Part shown: positions 1 to 12,573 of the stretch, piece after piece
Layout of the letters: each line of letters starts with the position of its first letter
Numbering within the stretch: the stretch's first letter is position 1
Assembly (NCBI GenBank): GCA_017499595.2
Contig: CM039010.1
Span: 248,001 to 312,000 of the forward strand
Direction: 5' to 3'
Length of the DNA: 64,000 bases
DNA from: Psilocybe cubensis
Lineage: Eukaryota
Notes under the pieces: generated by a model
Told to the model about the DNA's origin: nothing
Database searches by the model: none
The model's input: the letters and a program-made list of their open reading frames with translations, nothing else
Made by a program: the position numbers and the translations under genes

Positions 1-482
1 CTTGATACGCTACCACGACCACTTCCATCCGACTAGATGCTCCCCGTTTTCGCTGCGCCAGCTCTCTTATGAGCGTATATTTCTCTGGAAGCTCGAGCCT
101 GGCGCGGTTTATGAGTTCAAGCGTTATGTAGAGATTCCCAGGGATCCTGTCCTTGACAGTTGATGCGGTAGAAAAAGTGAACTATCATTTTTATATCATG
201 CCCACACAATGTTGGGAAAGTTGATTCTCTGGAAGCCTGGAGTGGTTGAGGTCGCTCGATACTAGCCATGCCAGCGTCGAGGCCTCCCATAAATAACTCC
301 ACCGCCCACCGTCTATCATCTATGATGTCAAATGACAAACTTCCAACAACGATGAGATACATATCTGAGTTCCTGTCGTGTCTCGTCACTGCGAACAATG
401 CGCCTTTGATGAGTGTGATTTTGATTGTGTTTCGAAATGTAAAGTTACTATACCATAGGCTAGGTGACATATCGCAATTCAC
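1..482 (-). CDS. Possible spliced gene running off the left edge; product unknown
   Basis: ORF 117..482, plus a second open frame continuing to base 1 (FSTASTVKDRIPGNLYITLELINRARLELPEKYTLIRELAQRKRG...). The exon structure was not resolved and no family was recognised. Confidence 0.3.
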
Positions 483-1170
483 GAGAGCTGAATAACTTGC
501 GGCTCTTGAAGACCGCAGGTCGTAAAAGAGAACTTGGTATGACCAATCTCTGAAAGTAGCAAATTATACCTAGTCTATCTTAACTGCGTAAAAAATCATT
601 ATGAGCATTGAGCGTCTCGCCAAGACATCCTAAGTCACTCACCCTACGCTGTCTTTTTCGACGTTTTTCGCTTTTAGCACCGCAGACAATTCACGGGAGG
701 GTAGCAACGACGACTGGTGTGGGAAATTCGGTCCATCTGTTACCCAGTGCTATTTTTACGCGGTGGCCGTGCGGTGCCTACAAGCCGAGAGTTATCAATT
801 CTGGTTGATCATTGGAATGAAGTCAAAAAACAGGAAAAAAGCACTGTATGCTCGTCATTCCTATATTACTGTCTTTTACCTGCTTTGAGAAGCTTTAAAA
901 GTAGATGTTTGGGCTTTGGAATTAATCGCAATCATAAGCTTGCCGACATGCCGTTAATCCGATCAGAGGTAGTTCATCAGCATTGTGACATCAGGATGTG
1001 AGCTATAAATAGCCAGTGGCGTTTACATCGGGCATTGGGCAGTCCGGCATGGCACTGGCATGGAGGAATCCGCGTGAGGTCAAATCAACGACGGCGTTGT
1101 TTTGTTCTCCCACTCTTCTTTTCTTCCACATTTCTTTTAGGTCCCTTTACGATCTCCTTCACCTTCCCCC

Positions 1171-3670
1171 ATGTTGTCGCCTCGACTATCCGTTGCGGCT
1201 CTATTGCTGGGGTCTTCGACCGTCCTAGCAGGCACCGCTGGTTCGTTTGCCCAGGCTGGTAATACACTCGTCAGTGCACTTTTGGTGAGTATGTCATCAC
1301 CTGGCTCCGCTCCGTGTCAAACTCAATTGGCGTCAAGATGTTTTTGGGGAATGAGGAAACGGTATACATTATCGACAAAGCTGAGGGGAACGCCGCTGCA
1401 GTCGCGGGCCATCCAGCATGGGGTGCAAAGTGGTGAGATTGAGTGCATCAAAAGAGCTTTACCTCCGGCTTGACGTGTTACCCAGGGATATAGCGTCGCA
1501 ACAAGCAGAAGTGATGGATATTCGATCAAATACATTTTGTTCCTCAGGGATGCATCTGCCTAACGGTTCCTTCATCAATTTGGGTGGAAACGACGGTATC
1601 ACAATAAACGGCGCTCCTGGTTCAATAAAAAATACAGACGGATCAGGAACAGGCTTTTGGGACTCAATATACCAAGATTTTGACGGACGAAAATCGATTC
1701 GCATTCTTAATCCTTGTGGATCAGCCGACGATATAACCTCACCACAGTGTCGTTGGTATGATGATTCTTCAGTTCTGGCGATGAAATCTGGGCGATGGTA
1801 TGCTGCAGTAGAGCCGCTTGGGGATGGTACGATTGTTATTCTAGGTGGATTTACAGCTGGTGGATACGTTAATCGGGAGTTCCCTGTTAAAGATCCTATT
1901 ACGCAGAGTGGCCAAGCACAGAACACCTACGAGTACTATCCTCCGAAGGACGTTGCTCCTCCACTGGTTCAGTTCCTCGTGGATGCAGGAGGCCTAAATG
2001 CATACGCGCACATGTTTTTGATGCCCTCAGGAAACATCTTTGTTCAAGCTAATCGATCTTCCAGTAAGCTTTCACCGATTGACATGTGGACGTGGTTTTG
2101 AACAATTTATGTAGTGCTTTGGGACCACACGTCCAACACGCAAACTCCTTTGCCAGACATGCCAAACGGTGTTGTTCGTGTCTATCCAGCTTCGGGTGGT
2201 GCTGCCATGCTCCCTCTCACTCCCGCCAACAATTACACGCCCACGATCATCTTCTGTGGAGGTTCAACAATGCCAGACGATGATTATGGTAATTATGGTG
2301 GACCCCACGCCGAGACTTGGAATATCCCTGCGTCGAATGACTGTCAGCGTATCACTCCAGAACCTCAGGATGGATCTGCGCCAGTATATGTAGCTGATGA
2401 TCCCATGCTCGAGACGCGCACCATGGGACAATTTATTATCCTCCCAGATGGAACGTTGTTGATGATCAACGGAGGCCTGAACGGAACTGCTGGCTACACT
2501 ACAAACCTCAACGAATTCATTACAGAACTCCCCTTTGGAACGTCACTGGCGTCTGGTCCTGTCTTTACTCCGGCCATTTTTAACCCTAATGCGCCACCTG
2601 GCAGCAGGTGGTCTAATCAAGGACTATCTCCATCTACTATCCCCCGCTTGTACCATTCCTCTGCCATCCTGCTCCCAGATGCCTCCGTTCTGGTCGCCGG
2701 ATCCAACCCGAACCCGGATGTCAATTTGTCGACGGTCTTCAACACGGAGTACCGCGCCGAGATTTTCTACCCACCGTACTTTAGCGCCAGCATTCGCCCA
2801 GCACCCACAGGTATCCCGAAGACACTGTCGTACGGTGGTGCTCCATTCGACATCACGATTCCTTCAACGTCATACACCGGCTCATCAAACGATGCTGCTG
2901 ACAATACGACAGTCGTGGTCGTCCGTGGTGGATTTACTACACACGGCATGAACATGGGACAGAGGTTCTTGCAGCTGAACAATACATACACTGTGAACAA
3001 GGACGGATCCATTACCCTACATGTATCTCAGATGCCTCCCATCCCCAACATTTTCCAACCAGGACCTGCATTTGTATACGTCAATATCCACGGGATTCCA
3101 AGCAACGGCTCGTATGTCATCATTGGCAGTGGCAACATTGAACAGCAGCCAACCTCGCCTCCTGGTACACTCCCATCAAGCGTCCGTCTCGACTCAGCTA
3201 CAGGAGGGATCCATAACGGGACATCCCAAGATAACGGCTCATCAGACAGCGACCCAAAGAAATCTTCCAACCTCGGTGTCATCATCGGTGCCATCGCTGC
3301 GGGTGTGGCCGTCGTCGCGGTTGTCGGAGCGCTCATCGCCGTCTTCCTCGCCCGTCGCAGACGCGCTGCGGCCCGCCTCGCGCCGAGCAAGGAGTACCCA
3401 CTCTCAACCGCAGGCGCTGGCTGGACATCACACAACACCGATTCGAGCGTGTTCGTCCCACTCGCGCAGGCCAAATACGACGATACGTGGGACCCACGGA
3501 CGTCGTCGATTAATGCGCCATATATGGACGAGCGCAGGGCGGCGTCGTCGATTGGGAGCAGGAGCCAGGTGTTCGGAGAGTACGACCCGTACTCAGGCGA
3601 GCCTGCGCAGACTCATGCAGCGCCCATTTCGCACAGCGGTTATCGAGAATCGCCGTCGAGCTTCCGATGA
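1171..3670 (+). CDS. Copper radical oxidase / glyoxal oxidase-like (CAZy AA5_1) with signal peptide and C-terminal transmembrane anchor; 4 exons
   Basis: Signal peptide MLSPRLSVAALLLGSSTVLA. GT-AG introns at about 1285-1337, 1433-1485 and 2064-2114. Motifs NTFCSSG (Cys), GRWY, RLYHS (Tyr/His ligands) and FTTHGMNMGQR (His). Hydrophobic helix LGVIIGAIAAGVAVVAVVGALIAVFLA followed by RRRR. Confidence 0.93.
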
Positions 3671-5432
3671 TGAGCGCTGTAGCACTTTCCTGTTTCCTCT
3701 TTGCATCTGTCTCATGTCCTCCACCCGCCCATGTTTCAATATCTCCATAAACGTTTGTTTCATCTCGCGCTATTCTGAAGAACTGGAACCTGTGCAAAAT
3801 CCTGTATTTAACGAATCATGTTGTCTGGACTTTATATCTCTCTCACTTATTGACTGTCTACCTGCTTGTTTCTCTCAATGAACCGGACTAGACCTTAGCT
3901 ATAAACCTACCTATACGTATATCTCACTGATCATCTTTCACTTTACTCCCGCACTTCATACTTTCTCGCATAGTAGTAGTAGTAGTCACATTCCTTCTGA
4001 TGATCTGTTTACCCATACTCTGCTCACTTCCGGAAGCTAACCTCCTTGCTTGTTGCATTTATACCTACACTATTACGATGTGGACTAGATGTTTACTACA
4101 ACCCGACCTTGTAGTGATATGTGTTAGCCCTAGCAAATCGAATGTTAATTTCACTTATTCCATTCACTCGGGCGATAGTCAGAACCCAGGGGAAACAGGG
4201 AGAGAGGATGGGTTTGGAACAATTTCGGGAGTAAGAAATTTGGGCGGAAAGGTCCATCCAAATTTGTCAAACTCTTAACCAATTTTGGCATATACTCTCA
4301 CTGAAAAATTTGTGATCTTTGATTTCGACCAGATCTGGCCAAACAATGTTAAATTATGTACCACCAACCTTCAGTTACCATCCACCTCAATATTGACTTT
4401 CATGAACTCGGGACCCATAATTCGCACCTCATATCGTGGAAACATAGGTTAGAAAGGAAAGCCCACTGGTATCCCTGGTGTCTTAGAGCATTTTTGTTCT
4501 GGAAATTTGAAGGCCAGTGGGTAGCTTCTCCTAGATCCTTTTTTTTTTCTTGACATTCACCCATCTGTCAGATGTTGTCGTTCTCTCGATAACCGCATCG
4601 CCTCGAGCCCCGGGGTTCCCAATCCTCAAAAACGTTTCACCAATCCTGCTAAACAGAGTCTAGCAAGTGATGGCTGTGTCTCGGTGGGTTGGCAGGCTTA
4701 CAGTCAGAAGCTATTCTCGCACTCGCCTCGAAAGACCGCACAGAGTGTAGACACTGGATCTCGTTGTCGAAAAGAGGATGACTGTAGTTGTTTCCATTCT
4801 GGAAGAGGCGGAACGCGATGATCAACAACAATAGCTTTCAGGATCATACTGTTTCTGGTTCATAATCCCAAAGTACGTTTCCGTTTCCTGGTTTGTGACC
4901 TTAACCATTGATCCAGCGTCTTCAAGGCCGTTATATTCATATTTGGTCCTCTTCCCGCTACAAATCGGAATTCTCTAAGTCAATGTTCGCAAACAGCAAT
5001 GCTAGTTTATTCAATTATTTCTCTTCGATACCGGTATTCGACGTGAGATAAGAAGGGGATCGATTTGTAAGTCTGTAATCAATCGGATAAATGCCAGCGA
5101 AGGTCACAGAGCGCGTCATTTTATAGGTGTAATGATTGAATTCCGAGCCCTGGCCTCCCTTGCACTTATATCACATCCTTTGCAGTATGTTCCCCGTCGC
5201 ATATTTTTCATTAGGATGAGGTTTCTGTCAACAGAAATCAAATTGGGGAACACAGAAGTACAGCTGATCATAATACGCGTTACTCGTGAACTTGAGGAAG
5301 CTCGGTAGTGATGGTAGCAAATATTACTACCGGGATCGATTCTCTCCACCTCTTCCACTCTTCGCAATTTCCCCTATATTCCCTCGGTGTTGTCGACACA
5401 CCATGATGGATTCAAATCGGCAATGATGAATC

Positions 5433-6065
5433 CTAGGTATCATATCCCCGTAGAACAGCGGAGTAGGACCGCTTGATGTCTTTGGGGTCCTCATTGTAAA
5501 TCTTCTCCCAGTCTTCTTCCCAAAGCAGGTCGTCCTCCCAGATCTCAAAATCTTCGCCGTCGAGAAGCTTGCCTTTCGACTCGTTCTTGACCATCTCGAA
5601 ATCCTTTGCGACACCTTCATTGGATTTGGTTTTAGCAACAAAACAAAATTTTGGGAACTATTTGGTCATTACCTTTTCGCTTAGCTGGTCGAGCTAGATC
5701 CATGATAGAGACGCATCTATCGGTCTCGTGCTTCTTCTCCACGTTGGAGAGGTCGATGTCGAAGTCATAGATATCATCTTCGTAGAGGTGAATATCCCCA
5801 TCGTCGATTAGTGGGGCATCACTGTACCACCCCCTGATATTGCGTTGTGACAAAGGAGGTTCTTCAGTCCTGTACCCTAGGAGTACTGCCTTAGCGGCTT
5901 TCGTGTTTTTGGATTCTTCCAAAGCGACTTTGAAAATGGTTCCTTCTTTGTGAGCCTGAGCTCGAATTGACTATAAACCAACAATCGTCAGATTTAATTA
6001 CGATAGATCAATATTCATCATACTCTGATGTACTCTGCTCGCTGCGTTGAGAATCCTTTTGGCAT
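5433..6065 (-). CDS. Hypothetical protein (about 175 aa, 3 exons) with acidic Trp-rich C-terminus
   Basis: Splices cleanly: MPKGFSTQRAEYIR | SIRAQAHKEG...VSIMDLARPAKRKG | VAKDFEMVK...WEDDLLWEEDWEKIYNEDPKDIKRSYSAVLRGYDT*. Donors are GTATGA and GTAATG. Confidence 0.7.
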
Positions 6066-6768
6066 TTTGGTCGTTCTGCTAGTCGGAACTGTTAAATGGC
6101 TTTGTTGAGACTGTAAGGTAGGTGTGGAAGTAAAGCTCAGTCGCTGTGTGAGTAGCGGAGTCGCTGAGGTGGTTGTGTTTTACCGAGTAACGTTGGATCC
6201 GGCTTTAAGTATCTGAGGTTGGCATGTTTGGTCTTGCTCAAAGGTAAGTAAATGAGTCAGCAGTACCGAAGCGCAATGTCTTGTATTGGAACTGACTCAC
6301 AATTTCATGTTGTTAAATGACAGGGCTTCACGAAATGGCAGTGTCGGAGGCGATTTCGCTATGCAGTGACATCCGGCGGTGCCACAGAGTCGAGTCATAA
6401 CATATCACTCGATTTCTCTGAAAAGTGCTTAATGTATCTTCCGATGTAGGTCTTGACAGATGTGAAGAGTGTTCTGTATTTACAATGCCACTTGCGAATA
6501 TATTACTATCTTCATATTTTCTCTGGGTTAAATTGGAAGCGAGCACCAAAGTCAACAGTTGACTTGAATATTGAGCGTTCTGACTACCGGGCCCGAATGA
6601 CCGTATTCATGATCTTATCTTATCGCATAATGGAGGGCTGACCGACAGCTGTCAAGGCGGTTGCAATTAACACAGTAAAAATTCCCTCCTCACTTGTAAC
6701 ATGTTCAAATTGTCGTCAAGATGATCATTAACCTGCGTGCAAACAAAAAAATAGTACAGTTTACTCAT

Positions 6769-9308
6769 TCATAACGTATACCTGAAGTCTGGTGCCCTAT
6801 CACCCAGTTCGCGTAGCTGTTGTTTGGTCAATTTGTTTGCTTCTCCCCGATTTATAGCCTCTTGTTGCAATGCTTCTCGTTTCCTGTTGATGATAGTATA
6901 CGAGAGCACGAGAACGGGAACCACAATGAACCCAATTCCAACAAACATTAATTCCACTCCATCTGAAATAGCTATCAGGGGGGTCGATATCGTATTGTAA
7001 TGGAAGAACACTTACGACCAACAAGGAAGCGTGGTGAGTCCTTTGCACGGTAGATGTTTGATGCAATCGCACCACTGAAATTCCCTACACCAATATGTAT
7101 TGCCATCCCTATACCACGCTTGTACTGTCCAGCTAGATTGTTCCCCAGCCTGATATGTTTGCATTAGATATAAGATACGTGAATTGTACGTATGACCCGT
7201 ACCATGCGACTATACCGGGAAACGCTGCATAACTCCCCGATACAACGAAGAACGTCCCAAAATATTTAACACCATTTGGAGCATCGGAGATGTTGATTGC
7301 AAAGCCAATCAAGCAGCATACTAGTCCAAGGATAATGAAGGGGGACCTCATTTTCATTTTGTCTGAGTAGTGAGCCCAAGTATATGCACAGATAGCTGGT
7401 AGAAAGCTGTAAGCAAAAGTAATTAGGAAGCGCTGAATGAGGGCTCACTCGCAACCACATAGGGAGGCACAGTGAGTAGCTGACTGATTGCAGGTGGATG
7501 ACCGAACGCATTGATAATAGTTCTGTTACCGGCGTCAGTTCGATTGCTAAGTGTAAAAAGTGACGGTCTCACGGAAGGAAAAGAGTAATTCCATACACTA
7601 AAAGATGTCAACAATCGGTTTCTCTTGGATAGTTGCTACAACTTACAAGGGCCAATGATGGACATGTATGCCAGAACGTGTAGCCAAACCTAGAATCGTA
7701 TGAGAATGGCTTGATGCGACTGCTGGATTGTTGAAAGACCCACCTGCCAATCGGTTATTGCTGCCCAGAGGTGCCGCATTTCGAAGTGTTCTTCTTCGCC
7801 CACGCTCGAGTTGTCATACTCTGCTTCAATGAGCAAGATCGTTCTTGAATAATCAATAAATGACGACCGTACTTTTGGTATGGACAATGAAGGCCCTCTC
7901 TTCCAATGTTAAGAATTTGGCAGTGGCAGGGAAGTCAACCAAAACTATTACGTGGTTATCTCGTTAGGGATTGAACAAAATCACAGTGAAGGTACTGACC
8001 ACAGAATGCGATGAGGCCAACGATGACAGTGAGAATCCCTTCGAGAATCTTTGATTCGATTGTCAGGTAAGAAATGACTTCTACATGAAAAATAACTCAC
8101 GAAAATCCATGACCACCCAAGGAGCCCTGCAGTACCACTCATGAAGCTAATTCCGTACGCAAGAAGACCTGAAAAGGCGCCGGCCAGTGATGCTGCACCA
8201 AAGAATATACCAATTCGGAACTGAAGCATATGTCGTGGATACCACAGCGTCAGGCTTGATATCGCGCTTGTAAGCCATACTTTCGGGAACCTTGAGAACT
8301 GGCGACACTCACTAGTATACCACCCCCGGGAACAGTCCGGCCTCTGCGACGCCGAGACAAACGCGAACTCCAACCAATTGTGGATAGCTAAACGTTGTAG
8401 GAGATAACGTAAATAACGTGGGAACCGTAGCTTATGGACGCTTACTTTTTAACGAGACCCATCATGGTCCTGATGACGCTCAATATCATGACTGTGTAGG
8501 TCTGGGTCGAGAATGTTTACTCACATGACTATACCCCATGTAACCTAGATGAAGGGTGTGAGAGAGGAGAGCTAAAGGCATCACATCTACGTATTAACAT
8601 ACTGTGATCCCGGGAAGCCACCTATAAATTATCGATAAGCACTAAAAACAATATGAAAGAAAGCAAACTTTCCTGGAGGGGCGGAAACGCTTTAACACAA
8701 GGCTGGAGATATAGATAATGAGTGACTGTGATAGAGAAGTTGGGGGACTGAATAGGAAAAACATACTTTGAGGGACATTCGAATATACAATATGGCTATG
8801 GAGGGGAATTGAAGTCAAAATTGGCAAATGCCAAAGGATTACTACTAACGATAAAATACATTGTCTACAAACAAAAGTGAGCCACATGGTCAATCGAAAA
8901 TTGGGTGGAGTACGACCTACCAGAGCAATGTTGTATCGATTGCCTGTTAGATCAAGCTGGGTAAGCAAACCTTGGAGCTTTGCATTTCCTGCGAGAAATT
9001 TAGCAAAAAAAAGCATATTTTTCATGCTACACACCAATATTTCCTATTAGAAGAAGTTATTATACACTGCGGGGTATTTTCGGGGAGGATACCAATGGCG
9101 TACCTCTATCCATGAATGAAAGCAGATACATCAATGCAAGAATCGGCATCAACCTAAGATCGACCTTCTGCCATAACCTGCTCTCTTCCTCGGGCGTAAG
9201 CTTTGGAGGAGGTGGTAAAGTTGTGTCGCCTCCGAAATCTATGTCGTCTGATGGAGTCCCGGGGCGCTTTTCATCCATCGATGGCGTAGAGTCTTTCTTG
9301 TCCGACAT
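6769..9308 (-). CDS. MFS transporter, anion:cation symporter family (Dal5/Tna1-like), multi-exon
   Basis: EESRLWQKVDLRLMPILALMYLLSFMDRG, GNAKLQGL, LWYPR...RIGIFFGAASLAGAFSGLLAYGI, GWSWIF, SQLLTVPPYV and C-terminal LGDRAPDFRYTL*. Many short GT-AG introns. Confidence 0.93.
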
Positions 9309-10588
9309 GTTGGCGGTGGACAGGAAGGGGGAAGAAAGGCTCCCATCCAACGCCATTTTAACTGGAGTGCTCTCCACATGGAGATAGGTAGGATCAACAG
9401 CGCAAGTATTGGACGATGAGGCGATGGACCACATAGTGCAATTATAGAAACGAGCATAAAAAAAGACAATTTATCACACAGTCGTAATTGCCGATACAGG
9501 ATGTGGGGAACGTTGATAATGTGGGGTATTTCCATTCATACAAAATGCAGAAATTAAAAGTCCACAATGACATGTCAGCATGATGCTCCGCCTCCTTTTG
9601 AAATCTCAGTAGGTTGAACGATTATGACGTCTGTCAAGTAGGGGGTTACTCACCACAAACGACTCCCCAACAAATTATTGGCAACATATCCATTCTGAGA
9701 TGTACGCCGTTTTGTAGCTTGTAGATAGTTTGTAGGATTCTTTATCGCATCCCGAAAACAGAGGCGACAGGCGGGGAGAGGTCGAGGCTATTATCCTATC
9801 AATACAGGATCAGACGGCCTCGAGAACAGGGTTACTGGAATTGTGAGGATCCTAGTTCATTGGGAGGGGGGGAATTTGACAACAGATATTCGTTGGTTCA
9901 CGGTGAAGGTCCGAGAAAATCAGTTAGGCAAACTTGTGTTGGTTATAGGAGGTTGAACATAAGTTCAACATGATCCGGTTACTGGTTAACCGTAAACCGG
10001 TTCCGGCAATCTATGGCGGAGATTAAAGTATTATTCTCAGATAATCTCAGCTCTTAGATGAAAAAACAGTTTCTGAGTTCTCTTGATCCTGTTAAACATG
10101 GCCGTAGACTCCCGCACCAGCATTGAAAGAAATTAGCGGCGAAATTTGAAGTGACAAGACTCGAAGTTTGAGGATAGTTAAAGGTGTCCCGAGAAAGCTT
10201 GGATCAAGAATAGACATATGCGGCACGCCGAAATGCCGAATGTGGTTGGCAGTGGCAAATGTGCCACTGTGGCAGGCAGTGCCATTGTGCCACCAATAGC
10301 GGCGCTTCACGAGTAGAAAGAAGCGGAAGGAAGATGAGATAACATCCGGGAAATCAAGGTTTCCGCCATTACACAAAACAGAAATCCGATCCGCATTCAT
10401 ATCTTCACCATAAGTAAATGATTCAATTACATGTGGTGGACTATGACAGAAAGAACTGATAATACTTATTTACAGACCAACTAGAATAACTGCAGGTCAT
10501 ATTTGAGTTTGAAATGGCTTAGGTATGTTTTTTAAGTGAACGGTCCTAGTTATTGAATCCTTGTATGGATCTTACACGCGCCCCACGT

Positions 10589-11456
10589 TTAGCAGAAGGT
10601 TATTGCGAGGTTGACCTGTTTCATGGTTAGCCATTATACGTTGTCAGTAAGTGACAATGAAACTTACATCATTCTGTTGGCAGGCAACTTGAACCTGGTT
10701 ATCATCCGGCTTGTGGAAGGCAGTGTTGCAGTTCTGGTTGTTGCCTGTGTTGCGCTCAGAAAGTCGATAAGAAGAAAATAATGGTAGACTCACAGGATGC
10801 ACCAGCTCCGTTGCAACCATTGTAATATCTGGTTATTTTGTAAGCAATATCCGTGTAGGAATGCCTTCAGTTGAAAAAGGTAAGTCACATACCCGAACCC
10901 AGTGGTGACCGAGAATGCGAGCCTATGGAACATAGATATATTACAAAACTCCCTTCGAATAACCAAAACGACTCTTACGGGGGAATAAGGGAAAGGTCGG
11001 TACTCGATCCACTGCCTGGTGTGGTAGGGTTCTGCAGAGTTGTCTCGACGGTTATGCATCGTTCTCCATTAAAGCCACAGTTTCCGGTCTGCAGATAGCT
11101 AAAAACACGGAGGTAAAGATTTTTTGTGACGGTATATAATAATTACGCTTACGCAATGGCGGCCACAAGTGGGCCGTTGGAGGTGTAGTCACCTCCCGTG
11201 GAAAGGACCCTCCCGTTTTGAATAAGTTGAGGCTATAGTAGCGAGTATGTTAGTCAACAGCTAACCACAACAACCAGACTGAGAAATCATACAGTTCCAT
11301 GGCCACATCTGGTAAAGAGTACAGCTAAGTATTCTGTTTCCAAGCCGGGTCAACGTTCTGTACTAACCTGTTGACGAAGTGAACGGTGTGGCGTTCTGCC
11401 TGGACGCTAGCAGCAAAAACGGCCAGAACGACGGAGAGTGTCTTGAAAGAGAACAT
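10589..11456 (-). CDS. Small secreted thaumatin/osmotin-like protein (basidiomycete 'glycopeptide' type), 157 aa, 8 exons
   Basis: Manual splicing with 7 GT-AG introns gives MFSFKTLSVVLAVFAASVQAERHTVHFVNRCGHGTPQLIQNGRVLSTGGDYTSNGPLVAAIAYLQTGNCGFNGERCITVETTLQNPTTPGSGSSTDLSLIPPLAFSVTTGFGYYNGCNGAGASCNNQNCNTAFHKPDDNQVQVACQQNDVNLAITFC*. It has a signal peptide, 8 Cys, the thaumatin-like N-terminal H-T-V-x-F-x-N-x-C, DLSLI and a terminal ITFC. Confidence 0.88.
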
Positions 11457-12573
11457 ATTGGATGTGGTTGCAAGTCAGTTGACTGGTGTCAGAGAGCAGG
11501 TGCAGACTAGACTTTATACCTACAAAAACACACTAGAAGACATAGTCTTTGGAGAGGTTTGGAGATTTCTGTTAGAGCCGACATTTTACCTAAGCCATTA
11601 TTTCTCGTTGGGCGCGCACTAAAATATTAGGACATCGAATTTTTATTAGAACTGCTAGCACGGGAGGAGCAACGGAAGGACAAAAGAGGCCATTATGGGT
11701 TTCAAGGTCAGCTAAAGAACGGAGGTGTTTGATAACCAATGATTCCTGAATCAAACTTGAAGTAATTTTGGATTTTGATACGCCATCTCTGATCAAAAAC
11801 AGCTTATTCAAGTTATAACATAGACTGTTGGTTTTTTTTTCTCATAGTACATCTCGTTAAACAGTTCAAATCCAGCTGTGATTCCTCAAGTCCAGTCATA
11901 TCAGCATTATACCACCTACAGGGGTTCGCTTGAGCAACAGCGGATGTTATCAATGTGTAAGAGTATATAAGTATCATAAGTAATCATGGTACAGTCAACT
12001 CTCGTGATTAATTTAGTGTTCATCTGAGCTTACAAAAATGGAATAGTTCTTTGATGCAATGTTGTTAGTGAAAACGAAAACACAACATTGTGGAGATTCT
12101 TCCAAAACGCTTCCGGCTTCTGCGCGTCTGTCGGTTGTCTATGGAGACATCGCGTCATATCGCTAACGAAGCAAAACGAGGAGCTCGGACTCGTTGAAGA
12201 AGTTAGTTGAGTCTGACATCATCTATCAAGCCCTTTGTTACCTTAATGTACTTAGCCGTTTTTTTTATTCTCAAGTTCTTTATATATTTATTGAATTTCA
12301 GGTCTTTTGAACGACTACATAGAAGAAGACTACTAGTAGTATACCTTTTTGTAAATAAGAGTAATTATTGGGGAGCTTGCTCCCCTTTGTACTGGTGGGG
12401 ACCCAAAATGCTTAAGCACACGTGATCCACCAGTGTTTTGATCGTCACCCCGTGCGAACCTAGCAGGGAGACCTGCCGACATTTGTGATGCGGCAAGATT
12501 CTACTAGAGCATGCCAGGTACTGGCATAGCAAATTAATCGTTCTTTTTTCTCCTTATCCCTTCGCCTTATTTA

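Noticed and set aside
3021-3881. 286-aa alternative-frame ORF overlapping the oxidase 3' end
   Set aside because: Ser/Arg-rich shadow frame of a GC-rich coding region, with no motif.
10684-10825. Plus-strand Cys-rich frame (PACGRQCCSSGCCLCCAQK) resembling a metallothionein or CYSTM peptide
   Set aside because: It has no start codon and is the antisense shadow of the Asn/Gln-rich exon of the thaumatin-like gene.
11361-11510. Plus-strand TACTAAC branch point followed by a Cys-containing exon-like frame
   Set aside because: TACTAAC is the reverse complement of the GTTAGTA donor of the minus-strand gene, and the frame is antisense to its first exon.
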